Source: an uncultured Bacteroidota bacterium
GTDB taxonomy: Bacteria > Bacteroidota > Bacteroidia > Bacteroidales > UBA12481
Reading direction: 5' to 3'
Length of the DNA: 64,000 bases
Assembly: GCA_942493265.1 (NCBI GenBank)
Contig: OW818688.1
Location: forward strand, 2,121,467-2,185,466
In this document: positions 34,451 through 43,423 of the stretch, one piece after another
How positions within the stretch are numbered: the stretch's first letter is position 1
Layout: the number at the start of each line of letters is the position of its first letter
Program-made: the position numbers and the translations under genes
Notes under the pieces: generated by a model
What the model saw: the letters and a program-made list of their open reading frames with translations, nothing else
Database searches by the model: none
What the model was told of the DNA's origin: nothing

Positions 34451-35026
34451 TTAGCCGGCTATCTTTCCCCGTCTTTTTAATTCCCAGAAACATTTTGCCG
34501 TGATGGCGATGTCAACGGATGCATCATGGGCCTCATCGAATTCATATTCAAATAGTTTGTAATGCAGTTCCGCGAGCTTGGGCCATTTTAATCCATACGG
34601 ACCGGGTATGGCGCAATAGTTTGTGGTTCCCTTCATGGTGCAGATCTGCCTTTTATAGGGGATGGGATTTTCCATTCCGGCCCTCAGGAATTCAGCACCT
34701 GCGATTTTTTCATCAAAACTGATGTTGTGGGCTACAAGGACTTCCGAATCATAGATCAGGGTGTTAAAGTGCTCTAAAACATCGGTCACTGGCTCCCCTT
34801 CGCGGAGTGCCCGTTCGGTGGTGATTCCATGGATCTGGGCAACATCATCGGGAATGATAAAGCCTTCAGGTTTAATGATATAGTTTCCGGCGGTGATTTT
34901 GTTGCCATCCTGGTCATACATCAGAAACGCAAGCTGAACCATTCGAGGCCAGTTGTTTACATCGCTCACGGGAGCTTTCCAGTCGCGGGGTAATCCCGTT
35001 GTTTCGGTATCAAAGAATAGATACAT
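34451..35026 (-). CDS. DEDDh 3'-5' exonuclease (DnaQ/epsilon-like domain)
   Basis: Exo I (FFDTETTGLP), Exo II (LVAHNISFDEKI) and Exo III (AHDASVDIAITAKCF) are all present. Confidence 0.85.
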   Translation of the reverse strand: MYLFFDTETTGLPRDWKAPVSDVNNWPRMVQLAFLMYDQDGNKITAGNYIIKPEGFIIPDDVAQIHGITTERALREGEPVTDVLEHFNTLIYDSEVLVAHNISFDEKIAGAEFLRAGMENPIPYKRQICTMKGTTNYCAIPGPYGLKWPKLAELHYKLFEYEFDEAHDASVDIAITAKCFWELKRRGKIAG

Positions 35027-35143
35027 GGTTGTTCAGTGTTTTTTCATTCTTCCAACAATGGCGGCAAGTTACAAAAACCGGATTGGTTATTGCCATCTGA
35101 ATGGTACTGATTCCCTTGCCCATCTGCCTGAAAATTCGTTCCT

Positions 35144-36751
35144 TTGCAAACAATTTTTCAGAATATTTTGAACCAGGACGAAATCAGCAGACGGCGAACA
35201 TTTGGGATTATCAGTCACCCCGATGCCGGAAAAACCACCCTAACCGAAAAAATCCTTTTATTCGGCGGAGCCATTAAAACAGCCGGTGCTGTTAAGATGA
35301 ACAAGATCAGTAAAACCGCGACTTCGGATTTCATGGAAATCGAGAAACAGCGCGGGATATCCGTGGCTACATCGGTCATGGGGTTTGAGTACGACGGATT
35401 TAAAATCAATATCCTCGATACGCCCGGTCATAAGGATTTTGCCGAGGATACTTACCGCACGCTTACCGCCGTCGACAGTGTAATCCTGGTGGTGGATTGT
35501 GTGAAAGGGGTGGAGGAGCAAACGCGTAAACTCATGGAAGTTTGCCGGATGCGGCATACCCCGGTGATCATATTTATCAACAAACTCGATCGCGAGGGTA
35601 TCGATCCGTATGATTTACTGCACATTATCGAGAAGGAGCTGAGCATTCATACCCGGCCGCTCACCTGGCCCATCGGAATGGGTGCCGGATTTAAGGGCGT
35701 TTACAATCTGTTTACCAAGCATCTGCTGTTGTTTACCCCGCACATGACCAAGATCTCCGACGATAACTTTGCGATCGATGATCTGGCTAGTGTGGAACTC
35801 GATAAGCGGGTAGGGGCCGATTCTGCCAACCATCTCCGCAAGGATATCGAGCTGATCGAAAGTGCCTACGAACCTTTCGACAAGGATCTGTACAGCGAGG
35901 GCTATCTGGCTCCGGTATTTTTTGGCAGTGCCATCAACAACTTCGGGGTCAAGGAATTGCTGGATACTTTTATCTCAATTGCCCCGCCGCCTTTGCCTCG
36001 GTTTACTGAAACCCGCGAAGTGAAACCGGAGGAGAATGATTTTTCCGGTTTCGTATTTAAGATCCATGCCAATATCGATCCCAAGCATCGCGACCGCATC
36101 GCTTTCTGCCGCATTGTATCGGGAAAGTTTGAACGTAATAAGTTTTTCTATCATACCCGTCTCGATAAGAAATTGCGCTTTTCGAGTCCCACCAGTTTCA
36201 TGGCCAATGAAAAAAGCATCGTGGAAGAGGCTTTCCCGGGTGATGTAGTGGGTTTATATGATACCGGAAATTTCAAGATCGGCGATACCCTCACCGAAGG
36301 CGAAAGTCTTTTCTTTAAAGGCATTCCGAGCTTTTCCCCTGAGATTTTCAAGGAGCTTATCAATAAGGATCCCTTTAAAACGAAACAGCTTGAAAAGGGT
36401 GTGAGGCAGCTCTCCGATGAGGGTGTGGCCCAGCTGTTTATCCGCCAGCCGGGTAATGTTAAAATTATCGGAACTGTTGGGGAGCTTCAGTTCGAGGTGA
36501 TCCAGTTCCGCCTGCTTCATGAGTACGGGGCTTCCTGCATCTTTCAGCCGATGCGGCTGTACAAGGCTTTCTGGGTGACTTCAAAAGATAAGACTCAGCT
36601 CAATAAATTACTGAATATCAACGGACAGCACATTACCTACGACAAAGATGACCGTCCGGTTTTCATGGCCGAAAGTGAATGGCATTTCAAGGTAACCCGG
36701 GAGGTATATCCGGCGTTGGTATTCCATAGCACGTCGGAATACCGGGGATGA
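35144..36751 (+). CDS. prfC: Peptide chain release factor 3
   Basis: 535 aa with the GTPase G1 motif in the RF3 context ([29 protein letters not shown]), plus DTPGHKDF and NKLDR. The start is a TTG and is therefore uncertain by a few codons. Confidence 0.9.
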   Translation: MQTIFQNILNQDEISRRRTFGIISHPDAGKTTLTEKILLFGGAIKTAGAVKMNKISKTATSDFMEIEKQRGISVATSVMGFEYDGFKINILDTPGHKDFAEDTYRTLTAVDSVILVVDCVKGVEEQTRKLMEVCRMRHTPVIIFINKLDREGIDPYDLLHIIEKELSIHTRPLTWPIGMGAGFKGVYNLFTKHLLLFTPHMTKISDDNFAIDDLASVELDKRVGADSANHLRKDIELIESAYEPFDKDLYSEGYLAPVFFGSAINNFGVKELLDTFISIAPPPLPRFTETREVKPEENDFSGFVFKIHANIDPKHRDRIAFCRIVSGKFERNKFFYHTRLDKKLRFSSPTSFMANEKSIVEEAFPGDVVGLYDTGNFKIGDTLTEGESLFFKGIPSFSPEIFKELINKDPFKTKQLEKGVRQLSDEGVAQLFIRQPGNVKIIGTVGELQFEVIQFRLLHEYGASCIFQPMRLYKAFWVTSKDKTQLNKLLNINGQHITYDKDDRPVFMAESEWHFKVTREVYPALVFHSTSEYRG

Positions 36752-36968
36752 GGAGGTGAGGAGGTTACGGGGGTGAGGATGTTACGGGGGTGAGGATCTT
36801 GTAGGGGCGATCTGAGATCGCCCGAATACATTTGAAGAATGTGAAGAATGTTAAGGAAGTTAGGGAGTTAAGGGGGTGAAGAATGTAAAGAGAGTAAAGA
36901 GAGTGAAGATTGGCACACCGGGTTAATCTCCCTCGGAGAAGTGTCATCCCGGCGAAAGCCGGGACCGG
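36751..36968. repeat. Composite repeat block: GGTTACGGGGGTGAGGAT units, a GGGCGATC-TGA-GATCGCCC hairpin, a 9-bp GTGAAGAAT/GTTAAGGAA-type array and a family A hairpin
   Basis: It starts at the prfC stop codon and ends 7 bp before the stop of the convergent methyltransferase gene. It has the same building blocks as the 57136-57390 block. Confidence 0.8.
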
Positions 36969-36974
36969 CCGACT

Positions 36975-38156
36975 CTAACGAGGGTCCCTTCTTAACAATT
37001 CCTCCAAATAATGCCTCCCAATCCCAAACACCGCCCTGATGGCTTCGATCTCGTTTAAGATCTGCTGCCTGGCGGGATTTTCCTTGCCGGTTTTACGGCC
37101 CACGATCATCACATTTTTGGGGGTGTGCTCGGTGGAAATGAACTCAAAAACCTTCGTTTTGTATCCATAAGCCTCGAGCAGCATGGCCCGGATGGTATCC
37201 GTGATGATCTCAGCCTGCCGCTCCTTGAGGATGCCGTATTTTACGATGTTGTGCAGTTCATTGGTAACATTCATCTCCTTGCGGATCTGCTTATGGCAGC
37301 AGGGCGCACATACAATCAGCGACGCCCCTGCCGTAATTCCGCGGTAAATGGCATCATCGGTGGCCGTATCGCAAGCATGCAGGGCAATCAGAATATTTAT
37401 CTTTTCCAGTTCAACCTTTTCAATGGTGCCTGAAACGAATTTCAGTTGATCGAATTTCGATTTTTCAGCAATCTGATTGCACGATTTAACCAGGTCGGGG
37501 CGGAATTCCACGCCGGTCATCACCGGGACTTTCCCCAAACTCCGGGCGAGATAATCATACAGGGCAAAGGTGAGGTATCCTTTTCCTGATCCCATGTCAA
37601 CCACATGATAATCAGCTGGAAGCGTCAGTTCTTTGATCTCGGGTTCAAGCAGTTCAATATACCGGTTGATCTGCTTGTACTTGTCGCTCATCTCCCGGCG
37701 CACTTCCCAGTTGGCATTGGTGATTTCCAGTTCCCTCAGGTATATGTTGCCCACGGGATTGATCAGCCGCTCTTTTATCCTGTCGTGATGAAACAGGGTA
37801 ACCGGCTGCAGCGTAGGCTCCTGGGTACTCATTTTGACCTTGCCGGCCGGATTGGTTACCAGGGTTATATTCTTATGGGCGGAAAAAAGGTTGGCATTGT
37901 TAAAGTCCACTGCGAGCGACTTTTTCAGTAGGTCAATCCCTTCGGCAAATTCGTAATTCTTGGTGATGTCTTTCGTATTATGCCGGTACACAAAATTGAG
38001 ACGGAAACCCCGTTTCAGTTGTGCAAGCGTAACGATGATGCTGTTCAGATCGGAAGATTTATTCTTCTGATTGCTGATAACCAGCTTGATAAGTTCCCTG
38101 GAGTCGATGATCTGAGCCAGTTTACCGAAGAATACGCCGATAGGATTGTTTTCCAT
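36975..38156 (-). CDS. Class I SAM-dependent methyltransferase
   Basis: 393 aa with motif I (VVDMGSGKGYLTFAL) and a post-I acidic residue (GVEFRPD). Substrate unknown. Confidence 0.75.
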   Translation of the reverse strand: MENNPIGVFFGKLAQIIDSRELIKLVISNQKNKSSDLNSIIVTLAQLKRGFRLNFVYRHNTKDITKNYEFAEGIDLLKKSLAVDFNNANLFSAHKNITLVTNPAGKVKMSTQEPTLQPVTLFHHDRIKERLINPVGNIYLRELEITNANWEVRREMSDKYKQINRYIELLEPEIKELTLPADYHVVDMGSGKGYLTFALYDYLARSLGKVPVMTGVEFRPDLVKSCNQIAEKSKFDQLKFVSGTIEKVELEKINILIALHACDTATDDAIYRGITAGASLIVCAPCCHKQIRKEMNVTNELHNIVKYGILKERQAEIITDTIRAMLLEAYGYKTKVFEFISTEHTPKNVMIVGRKTGKENPARQQILNEIEAIRAVFGIGRHYLEELLRRDPR

Positions 38157-38182
38157 TTTAATTTAATTGACAGGCATGCTTA

Positions 38183-38680
38183 TTACAATGCAGCCAGCGC
38201 TTTTTCGTAATCCGGTTCGTCAACAATCTCCGGAACCTGCTGTGAATATAAAACCTTACCGCTGGCGTCAGCCACGATCACTGCACGGGAGAGTAAATGT
38301 GCAAGCGGACCGGTGGTGATCTCTACCTGATAATCCTTGCCAAACCGGCCGGTGGCAAAGTCGGAGAGGGTGATGGCATTTTCAATGCCTTCGGTACCGC
38401 AGAAACGTGCCTGGGCAAATGGTAGATCCCTTGAAATACATAATACTACCGTGTTTTCCAATCCGGCTGCAGCTTTGTTGAATGCTCTTACCGAAGCGGC
38501 GCAGGTACCGGTATCCAGACTCGGAAAAATGTTCAGGACCAGCTTCTTTCCTGCAAAATCTTTCAGGGAAACATGTGCCAGGCCGTTGTTTATCAGATCA
38601 AAATCATGAATTTGTTCGCCTGCTTGCGGAAGTGTTCCGAAGGTGCTGATTGGATTGCCCTTGAGGGTGATTGATGCCAT
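38183..38680 (-). CDS. tpx: Thiol peroxidase (atypical 2-Cys peroxiredoxin)
   Basis: 165 aa with the Tpx signature around the peroxidatic Cys (NIFPSLDTGTCAASVRAFN) and a resolving Cys (ARFCG). Confidence 0.9.
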   Translation of the reverse strand: MASITLKGNPISTFGTLPQAGEQIHDFDLINNGLAHVSLKDFAGKKLVLNIFPSLDTGTCAASVRAFNKAAAGLENTVVLCISRDLPFAQARFCGTEGIENAITLSDFATGRFGKDYQVEITTGPLAHLLSRAVIVADASGKVLYSQQVPEIVDEPDYEKALAAL

Positions 38681-38747
38681 TGTAATGGAGATTTGGTTAG
38701 TTCGTTTTGAATTAAAAGAGCATTATACGTTTTAAACGGCGAATTGT

Positions 38748-40037
38748 TTAGTTGATGGAGATGGTCATGCCTCCTGAACTGTTGCCAAATCTGGGATTCA
38801 CAACATTATTATAAATCGATCCAAACGTATAGGATAGTCCGAAATAGGTAAAATAGCTGAATTCAGTTGCCATCTCCTTGCGTTTCAGCAGGATCTCTTC
38901 ACGGGTGGCCCCGCCCTTAACCAAAGCCAGCTGATCATGTATCATGGCAGCGCCGCCTCCAACCTGCAGGCTCAGTCCCTTCGCAATGCGCACCTCAACG
39001 CCCCCGTCGAGCGACAGGTTATTCTTCGACCAATCGTGGAAATAATTGAACCAGTCGAGCGACAAATTTACCGATCCCCATTTCTGCACCACCTGGTAGG
39101 CGGTTTGCAGACTGTGACCCCAGAGGTTTTCCTGCATTTTATCGTAAATGGTGGTATCGGAATAGCTCTGGTACAGGTATCCTGCCGAGTATAATATCCT
39201 GATCTGCCGGCGGGTAGATTCGGAGTACGGATAGATATCGTACTCGATACCGGGCATGATGGTTGTTTTAAGCTTGTAATTCCGGAAGGTGGAGGATTCG
39301 ATTTCAGCTTCCCCGCCAACCGACCAATGTTCGCCAATGCTTTTAACGATCAGGGTTTCAAATGATTTGCTGTTGTTGATGCTGTTGACTTCCTGATCAT
39401 CTATCATGAATTTATCCAGATTGTAATTATAATCCACATCGAAATCCATTTTTAAATCTGATGTAATCCGCCTCGCTGAAAGGCTGGAAAATATCTGATT
39501 GGAATTGTAGCTCCGTTCGCCTTGAAGCATGCCGCTTAGGCTGGCGCTGAATATCCAGCTGTTCCATTTATCCGTGGTAACTTCCGAGGCCATCGGCTCA
39601 GTAAAGGATATCCTGATATGTTTCGCCAGCGGTGTGGCCATCACATACCGCATCAGGCCCTGCTTCAATACCTCTACCTGGCCTTCCCGGATGCGATCTT
39701 CCGTATCATCCGGTGAACTTCTGAATTGCAAGGTATCCTTCATCCCCATGAAGCGTTCCTGTCCGATCAGGAAATAGGAATATTCCCTGCCTCCCGAGCC
39801 GGTTTTCTGGGAGCTGGAAATGATGTATACCTGGGCGTCCTTAATATCCCGTACATAATTGATGTAAGGAATCTCTTTGCGCAGATAATCAGTGGTTTCC
39901 ATGTATACACGGAGTGCGTCTTTACGGAGGGTGTCGGAGGGGGACTGGGAGAAGGAGGGGGAAGTGAAAAAAGTTAAGAATGTGGAGAATGTTAAGAAAG
40001 TGAAGAATGTAAAGATTGAGGGGGGGGAGGGTTTCAT
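38748..40037 (-). CDS. Hypothetical exported protein (beta-rich, possibly outer membrane)
   Basis: 429-aa ORF. The N-terminus MKPSPPSIFTFFTFLTFSTFLTFFTSPSFSQ is encoded by the 9-bp repeat array. The C-terminal half has alternating aromatic/polar patterns. An alternative start exists at Met46. Confidence 0.6.
   Translation of the reverse strand: MKPSPPSIFTFFTFLTFSTFLTFFTSPSFSQSPSDTLRKDALRVYMETTDYLRKEIPYINYVRDIKDAQVYIISSSQKTGSGGREYSYFLIGQERFMGMKDTLQFRSSPDDTEDRIREGQVEVLKQGLMRYVMATPLAKHIRISFTEPMASEVTTDKWNSWIFSASLSGMLQGERSYNSNQIFSSLSARRITSDLKMDFDVDYNYNLDKFMIDDQEVNSINNSKSFETLIVKSIGEHWSVGGEAEIESSTFRNYKLKTTIMPGIEYDIYPYSESTRRQIRILYSAGYLYQSYSDTTIYDKMQENLWGHSLQTAYQVVQKWGSVNLSLDWFNYFHDWSKNNLSLDGGVEVRIAKGLSLQVGGGAAMIHDQLALVKGGATREEILLKRKEMATEFSYFTYFGLSYTFGSIYNNVVNPRFGNSSGGMTISIN
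39961..40020. repeat. 9-bp periodic array (GTGAAAAAA GTTAAGAAT GTGGAGAAT GTTAAGAAA GTGAAGAAT GTAAAGATT)
   Basis: It has the same unit family as 57136-57234 and 36830-36912. It lies in-frame within the first 26 codons of the minus-strand gene. Confidence 0.85.
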
Positions 40038-40109
40038 GGGGATGATGGGATTACATATTTTTGCAAATATATCAGAAGTGTGATTGAATTATCAGAAAAT
40101 TTTTCTTCC

Positions 40110-41396
40110 ATGAATATTCGAAAATATTTTATCGTCGTTTTAGTGCCGGCGCTGTTTCTTCAGAATTTTCAGGGCATCGCCCAGGACAAGGGTTCCGTGA
40201 AGATTTTGTATGATAGTTTGTCGGCCCGGTATCGGCAGCTTGAGCCTCAGGTGATTCAGCCTGCAGAGGGTTATCTGAAATATCCATACCTGATTCCGGC
40301 GGGGTTTTACAAGCAGATGTGGGACTGGGATGGTTTCTTTATCGGGAACCATCTTGCGGCAGCTGGAAAGCCCGAGTATCTGAAGTGGTGGGCGCTGAAC
40401 CTGATAGCAGGTGTCGACAGCACGGGATATGTGTCGGGATGTGCAACCACCAAAGGCCCGCGGCCGATATTCGGAAAGTTTGCCATGAAACCGTTTCTGG
40501 CGCAGGGAGTTTGGCTGGCTTCGGTAAAGCTGAATGATTTCAGCTGGATTGAACCTCATTACCAGGCGATGATGAAGGTGCTGGAGTATCGTGACAAAAC
40601 ACAGCTGGATAAGAAATACGGACTCTATTTCTGGGATCTGGCCATGCAAAGCGGCGCGGATAATAATCCTGCCCTCAATTATTTTACCGACGATAAACGC
40701 TCTTTCCTGGCTTGCGATGCCAGCACCTGGCAACTCCGCGAACTGATCGCCCAGGCAAATATCGCTGAAAAGTTGGGCAAACGGCAGGATGCTGCCAGCC
40801 TCCGTAAACGTGCAGCCGACCTGAAAACCACCATCAACCGGGTGCTCTGGTGCGAACAGGATCAGATGTACTATAATGTGGACCGCGAAACCGGTGATTT
40901 TTACAAACGGATCAGCTTTTCTTCTTTCATTCCGCTGGTGGAATCACTCGCCACGCCCGACAACGGTTCGGCCATGATTCGCCGGTACCTCATCAACCCG
41001 GATCATATGAAGGCTGAATTCGGATTGCGTTCCCTCTCCAAAACGGATCCTGATTATAACAACAAAAACGTCATCCTTCCTTTCTCAAACTGGCAGGGTC
41101 CTGTTTGGCCGATTGCCAACTATATCTATTCTATCGCTCTGAAGAATTATGGATTTGAGCAGGAGCTGATCTGGCTTGGAAATACCCTGGGCACGCTGTT
41201 GCTGAATGATATCCGCTCCTGGGGATCGATGCACGAGAATTACCATGCGGATACCGGCGCACCGCTTGCTCCTGCCGCCACCTACGTGGATGCCAATGGA
41301 AAATTTGTTGGATTTATCGGATGGAACCTCTGCATTCAGGAGGTGCTGGAAGGAGTGGTTTCTAACAGGTGGATGATGCTGGGACTGGAGAAATAA
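40110..41396 (+). CDS. (alpha/alpha)6-barrel glycoside hydrolase, GH63/GH37 (MGH1/trehalase)-like
   Basis: Start trimmed to MNIRKYFIVVLVPALFLQNFQGIAQ. It has the MWDWDGFF motif typical of GH63/MGH1-like enzymes and a C-terminal ENYHADTG. Confidence 0.55.
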   Translation: MNIRKYFIVVLVPALFLQNFQGIAQDKGSVKILYDSLSARYRQLEPQVIQPAEGYLKYPYLIPAGFYKQMWDWDGFFIGNHLAAAGKPEYLKWWALNLIAGVDSTGYVSGCATTKGPRPIFGKFAMKPFLAQGVWLASVKLNDFSWIEPHYQAMMKVLEYRDKTQLDKKYGLYFWDLAMQSGADNNPALNYFTDDKRSFLACDASTWQLRELIAQANIAEKLGKRQDAASLRKRAADLKTTINRVLWCEQDQMYYNVDRETGDFYKRISFSSFIPLVESLATPDNGSAMIRRYLINPDHMKAEFGLRSLSKTDPDYNNKNVILPFSNWQGPVWPIANYIYSIALKNYGFEQELIWLGNTLGTLLLNDIRSWGSMHENYHADTGAPLAPAATYVDANGKFVGFIGWNLCIQEVLEGVVSNRWMMLGLEK

Positions 41397-41416
41397 GAAA
41401 GCCCCTCTCGCCCGGT

Positions 41417-43291
41417 TTATAATCGCTCGCGGAGGATCAGGTGATCAAAGTAAAAAGAGGAATTTCCCAGATATAAAATCCGGAATTCCATATCTTTTTG
41501 TGCAGTAATGTTTTCAAATTCAAGCCAGTAATACTGATAATCCCCGTTTGTTACCTCGTCAGACTTTAATATTCTGTCACAAATTTTGGTGGTTCCAAAA
41601 TTCGCGGTTACATCCAGAACCGCTATGTTTTTCCCACTCACCAGATGATCAGCACGAAGGAAAAATCCAATTTCGAATTTGCCGGGCCCCAGTGAAATGC
41701 CCGGACCATAAACCAAGTGTTTCTGCCTGCATTCCAGGCAACCGGAATCCGCCGATATGATGGTTTTTCCTGATTGGGAATCAATATTTTTCTGAGCAGC
41801 GATCGTCATCAGATCTTCCGGGTTGAACCGCTGATTTTTTGGCACCCGCTTGTATTCATTGATCACGCAGTTCGCCAGTTTGATGGAATCCCCGTTTTTC
41901 CGAAGCAAATATCCGTATTGCATAATGGAATCCGGAAATTTGTCCATCCACATATCCTTAATAATGAACAACTTCGGCTTTGAGAAAACCTCCTTGATCA
42001 GTCTGGGATTACGGGTGGCATATGCATCATGCGGAATGGCGGTTATCCGGTCAGGATCAGGACAGGCAGAAATATAGGAGTTCCAGTACTCGCCGATGAT
42101 GCCTGTTTTACCAAGGGATTTGAATTCTCCAACCACGTTGATCATCGGCTTCAAACTCTTTGGATAGACATATTTCAGATAATGTATGCCCCCCAAACTG
42201 CTGAAGATGGCAATGATAAGCGCGGAAAGCTGCATGAACTTTCTGGTTTTACCGGTAAGGTTTTCGATGCCCATCAGCATGATCATGGAAACCCCCACAT
42301 AGATCCCCGAAAAGTATCTGCGCGAATCTCCATTCAGGAAAGCCCAATGCGATAATAATATGACAATCAATAGAATAAGGCCATCTATCAGAAAAAATTT
42401 GACTATTGATTGCTGCTGTTCCGGAAACTTCGGCCGCAGCCAAAGCAGTATGGCCATCAACAGGATTACCAGAATACCAAAAATACTCAGCATCGGGGTT
42501 TCTGCTCTGAAAATCAGGATATTCCAAAGGGATTTGATTATTATAACTGCTGATTCACCGGTTTGCTGCAAACTGTTCAGCATCGACTGGCTGTACAGTT
42601 CATTTTTGATGGCATGATTTTTCGCGTATAAAATGAAGAGGGTGGTTAGGGCTGCGCCGGCTATCGTAATATACCCTTCAGGTTTTTTCAATAATTGAGG
42701 AATGCCAATTTTCCTTTGGATGATCCAAAAGCCCACCAGTGTTAGCAGGGCGAGGATGCTGGTCAGTGTAAGATCCGATACCCAGATCGCCAGTGAGAGC
42801 ATAAACAACACCAGAATCAGTCTGCTGATTTTCAGATTGTCATTCTGTTGCCCTTCCCGCCGGATAAAAACCAAAAACAGGACCACTGCGGTCAGGGAAT
42901 ACTGAATGCCAAAAGGAAACCGGATCAGGCTGAAGAACCAGTAGTTTGGGAAAAACCACAGAAAAGCAAAAATGATCTTGCTGATATTTGACTTTAAGAA
43001 TTTCGACAGATACCAGAATCCGGCAAAAAGAATGAGGAAGTGGACGATGGATTCCGATAATACGACTGAAAAGCCGAGGATATGGTGCAGAGGCCATCCT
43101 AAAAGCGGGATCAGTGCACCACCCCGGTCCTGTCCCCAGGCATACAGATCCTGAGGAAGCTGGAGGTCCTTGATCATCAGGATATTCAGGGCATCATCGG
43201 AATTCAGCCATGGGTAAAACTGTGAGGAGTACAGGAAGAACGAGGCAATGCCGATGAGAATCCACCAATACTCGAAAACCTTGTTTTTCAC
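41417..43291 (-). CDS. Polytopic membrane protein, possibly GT-C-fold (ArnT/PMT-like) glycosyltransferase
   Basis: 624 aa. There are about 12 hydrophobic segments in the first 380 aa, an acidic first-loop motif (WLNSDDAL) and a soluble C-terminal ~240 aa. The function is a guess. Confidence 0.4.
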   Translation of the reverse strand: MKNKVFEYWWILIGIASFFLYSSQFYPWLNSDDALNILMIKDLQLPQDLYAWGQDRGGALIPLLGWPLHHILGFSVVLSESIVHFLILFAGFWYLSKFLKSNISKIIFAFLWFFPNYWFFSLIRFPFGIQYSLTAVVLFLVFIRREGQQNDNLKISRLILVLFMLSLAIWVSDLTLTSILALLTLVGFWIIQRKIGIPQLLKKPEGYITIAGAALTTLFILYAKNHAIKNELYSQSMLNSLQQTGESAVIIIKSLWNILIFRAETPMLSIFGILVILLMAILLWLRPKFPEQQQSIVKFFLIDGLILLIVILLSHWAFLNGDSRRYFSGIYVGVSMIMLMGIENLTGKTRKFMQLSALIIAIFSSLGGIHYLKYVYPKSLKPMINVVGEFKSLGKTGIIGEYWNSYISACPDPDRITAIPHDAYATRNPRLIKEVFSKPKLFIIKDMWMDKFPDSIMQYGYLLRKNGDSIKLANCVINEYKRVPKNQRFNPEDLMTIAAQKNIDSQSGKTIISADSGCLECRQKHLVYGPGISLGPGKFEIGFFLRADHLVSGKNIAVLDVTANFGTTKICDRILKSDEVTNGDYQYYWLEFENITAQKDMEFRILYLGNSSFYFDHLILRERL

Positions 43292-43372
43292 AGTCTGTAA
43301 TTAAAAATCAAACCAATCAGGGGGGCATTCGAAATTAGATAATTTTTCCAATCCGGATTGGGTCGTAAAAAA

Positions 43373-43404
43373 AAGAGGCTGCCTCATCACTGAGACAGCC
43401 TCTT
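43373..43404 (-). terminator. Intrinsic terminator downstream of the T9SS cargo gene
   Basis: AAGAGGCTG (43373-43381) pairs with CAGCCTCTT (43396-43404). It is flanked by an A8 run on the left and T6 on the right, so it has bidirectional form. Confidence 0.7.
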
Positions 43405-43423
43405 TTTTAATGTTTCGAACGAT

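Noticed and set aside
35144-36751. Programmed frameshift in the release-factor gene
   Set aside because: The programmed +1 frameshift is a feature of prfB, not prfC. This ORF is uninterrupted and full length.
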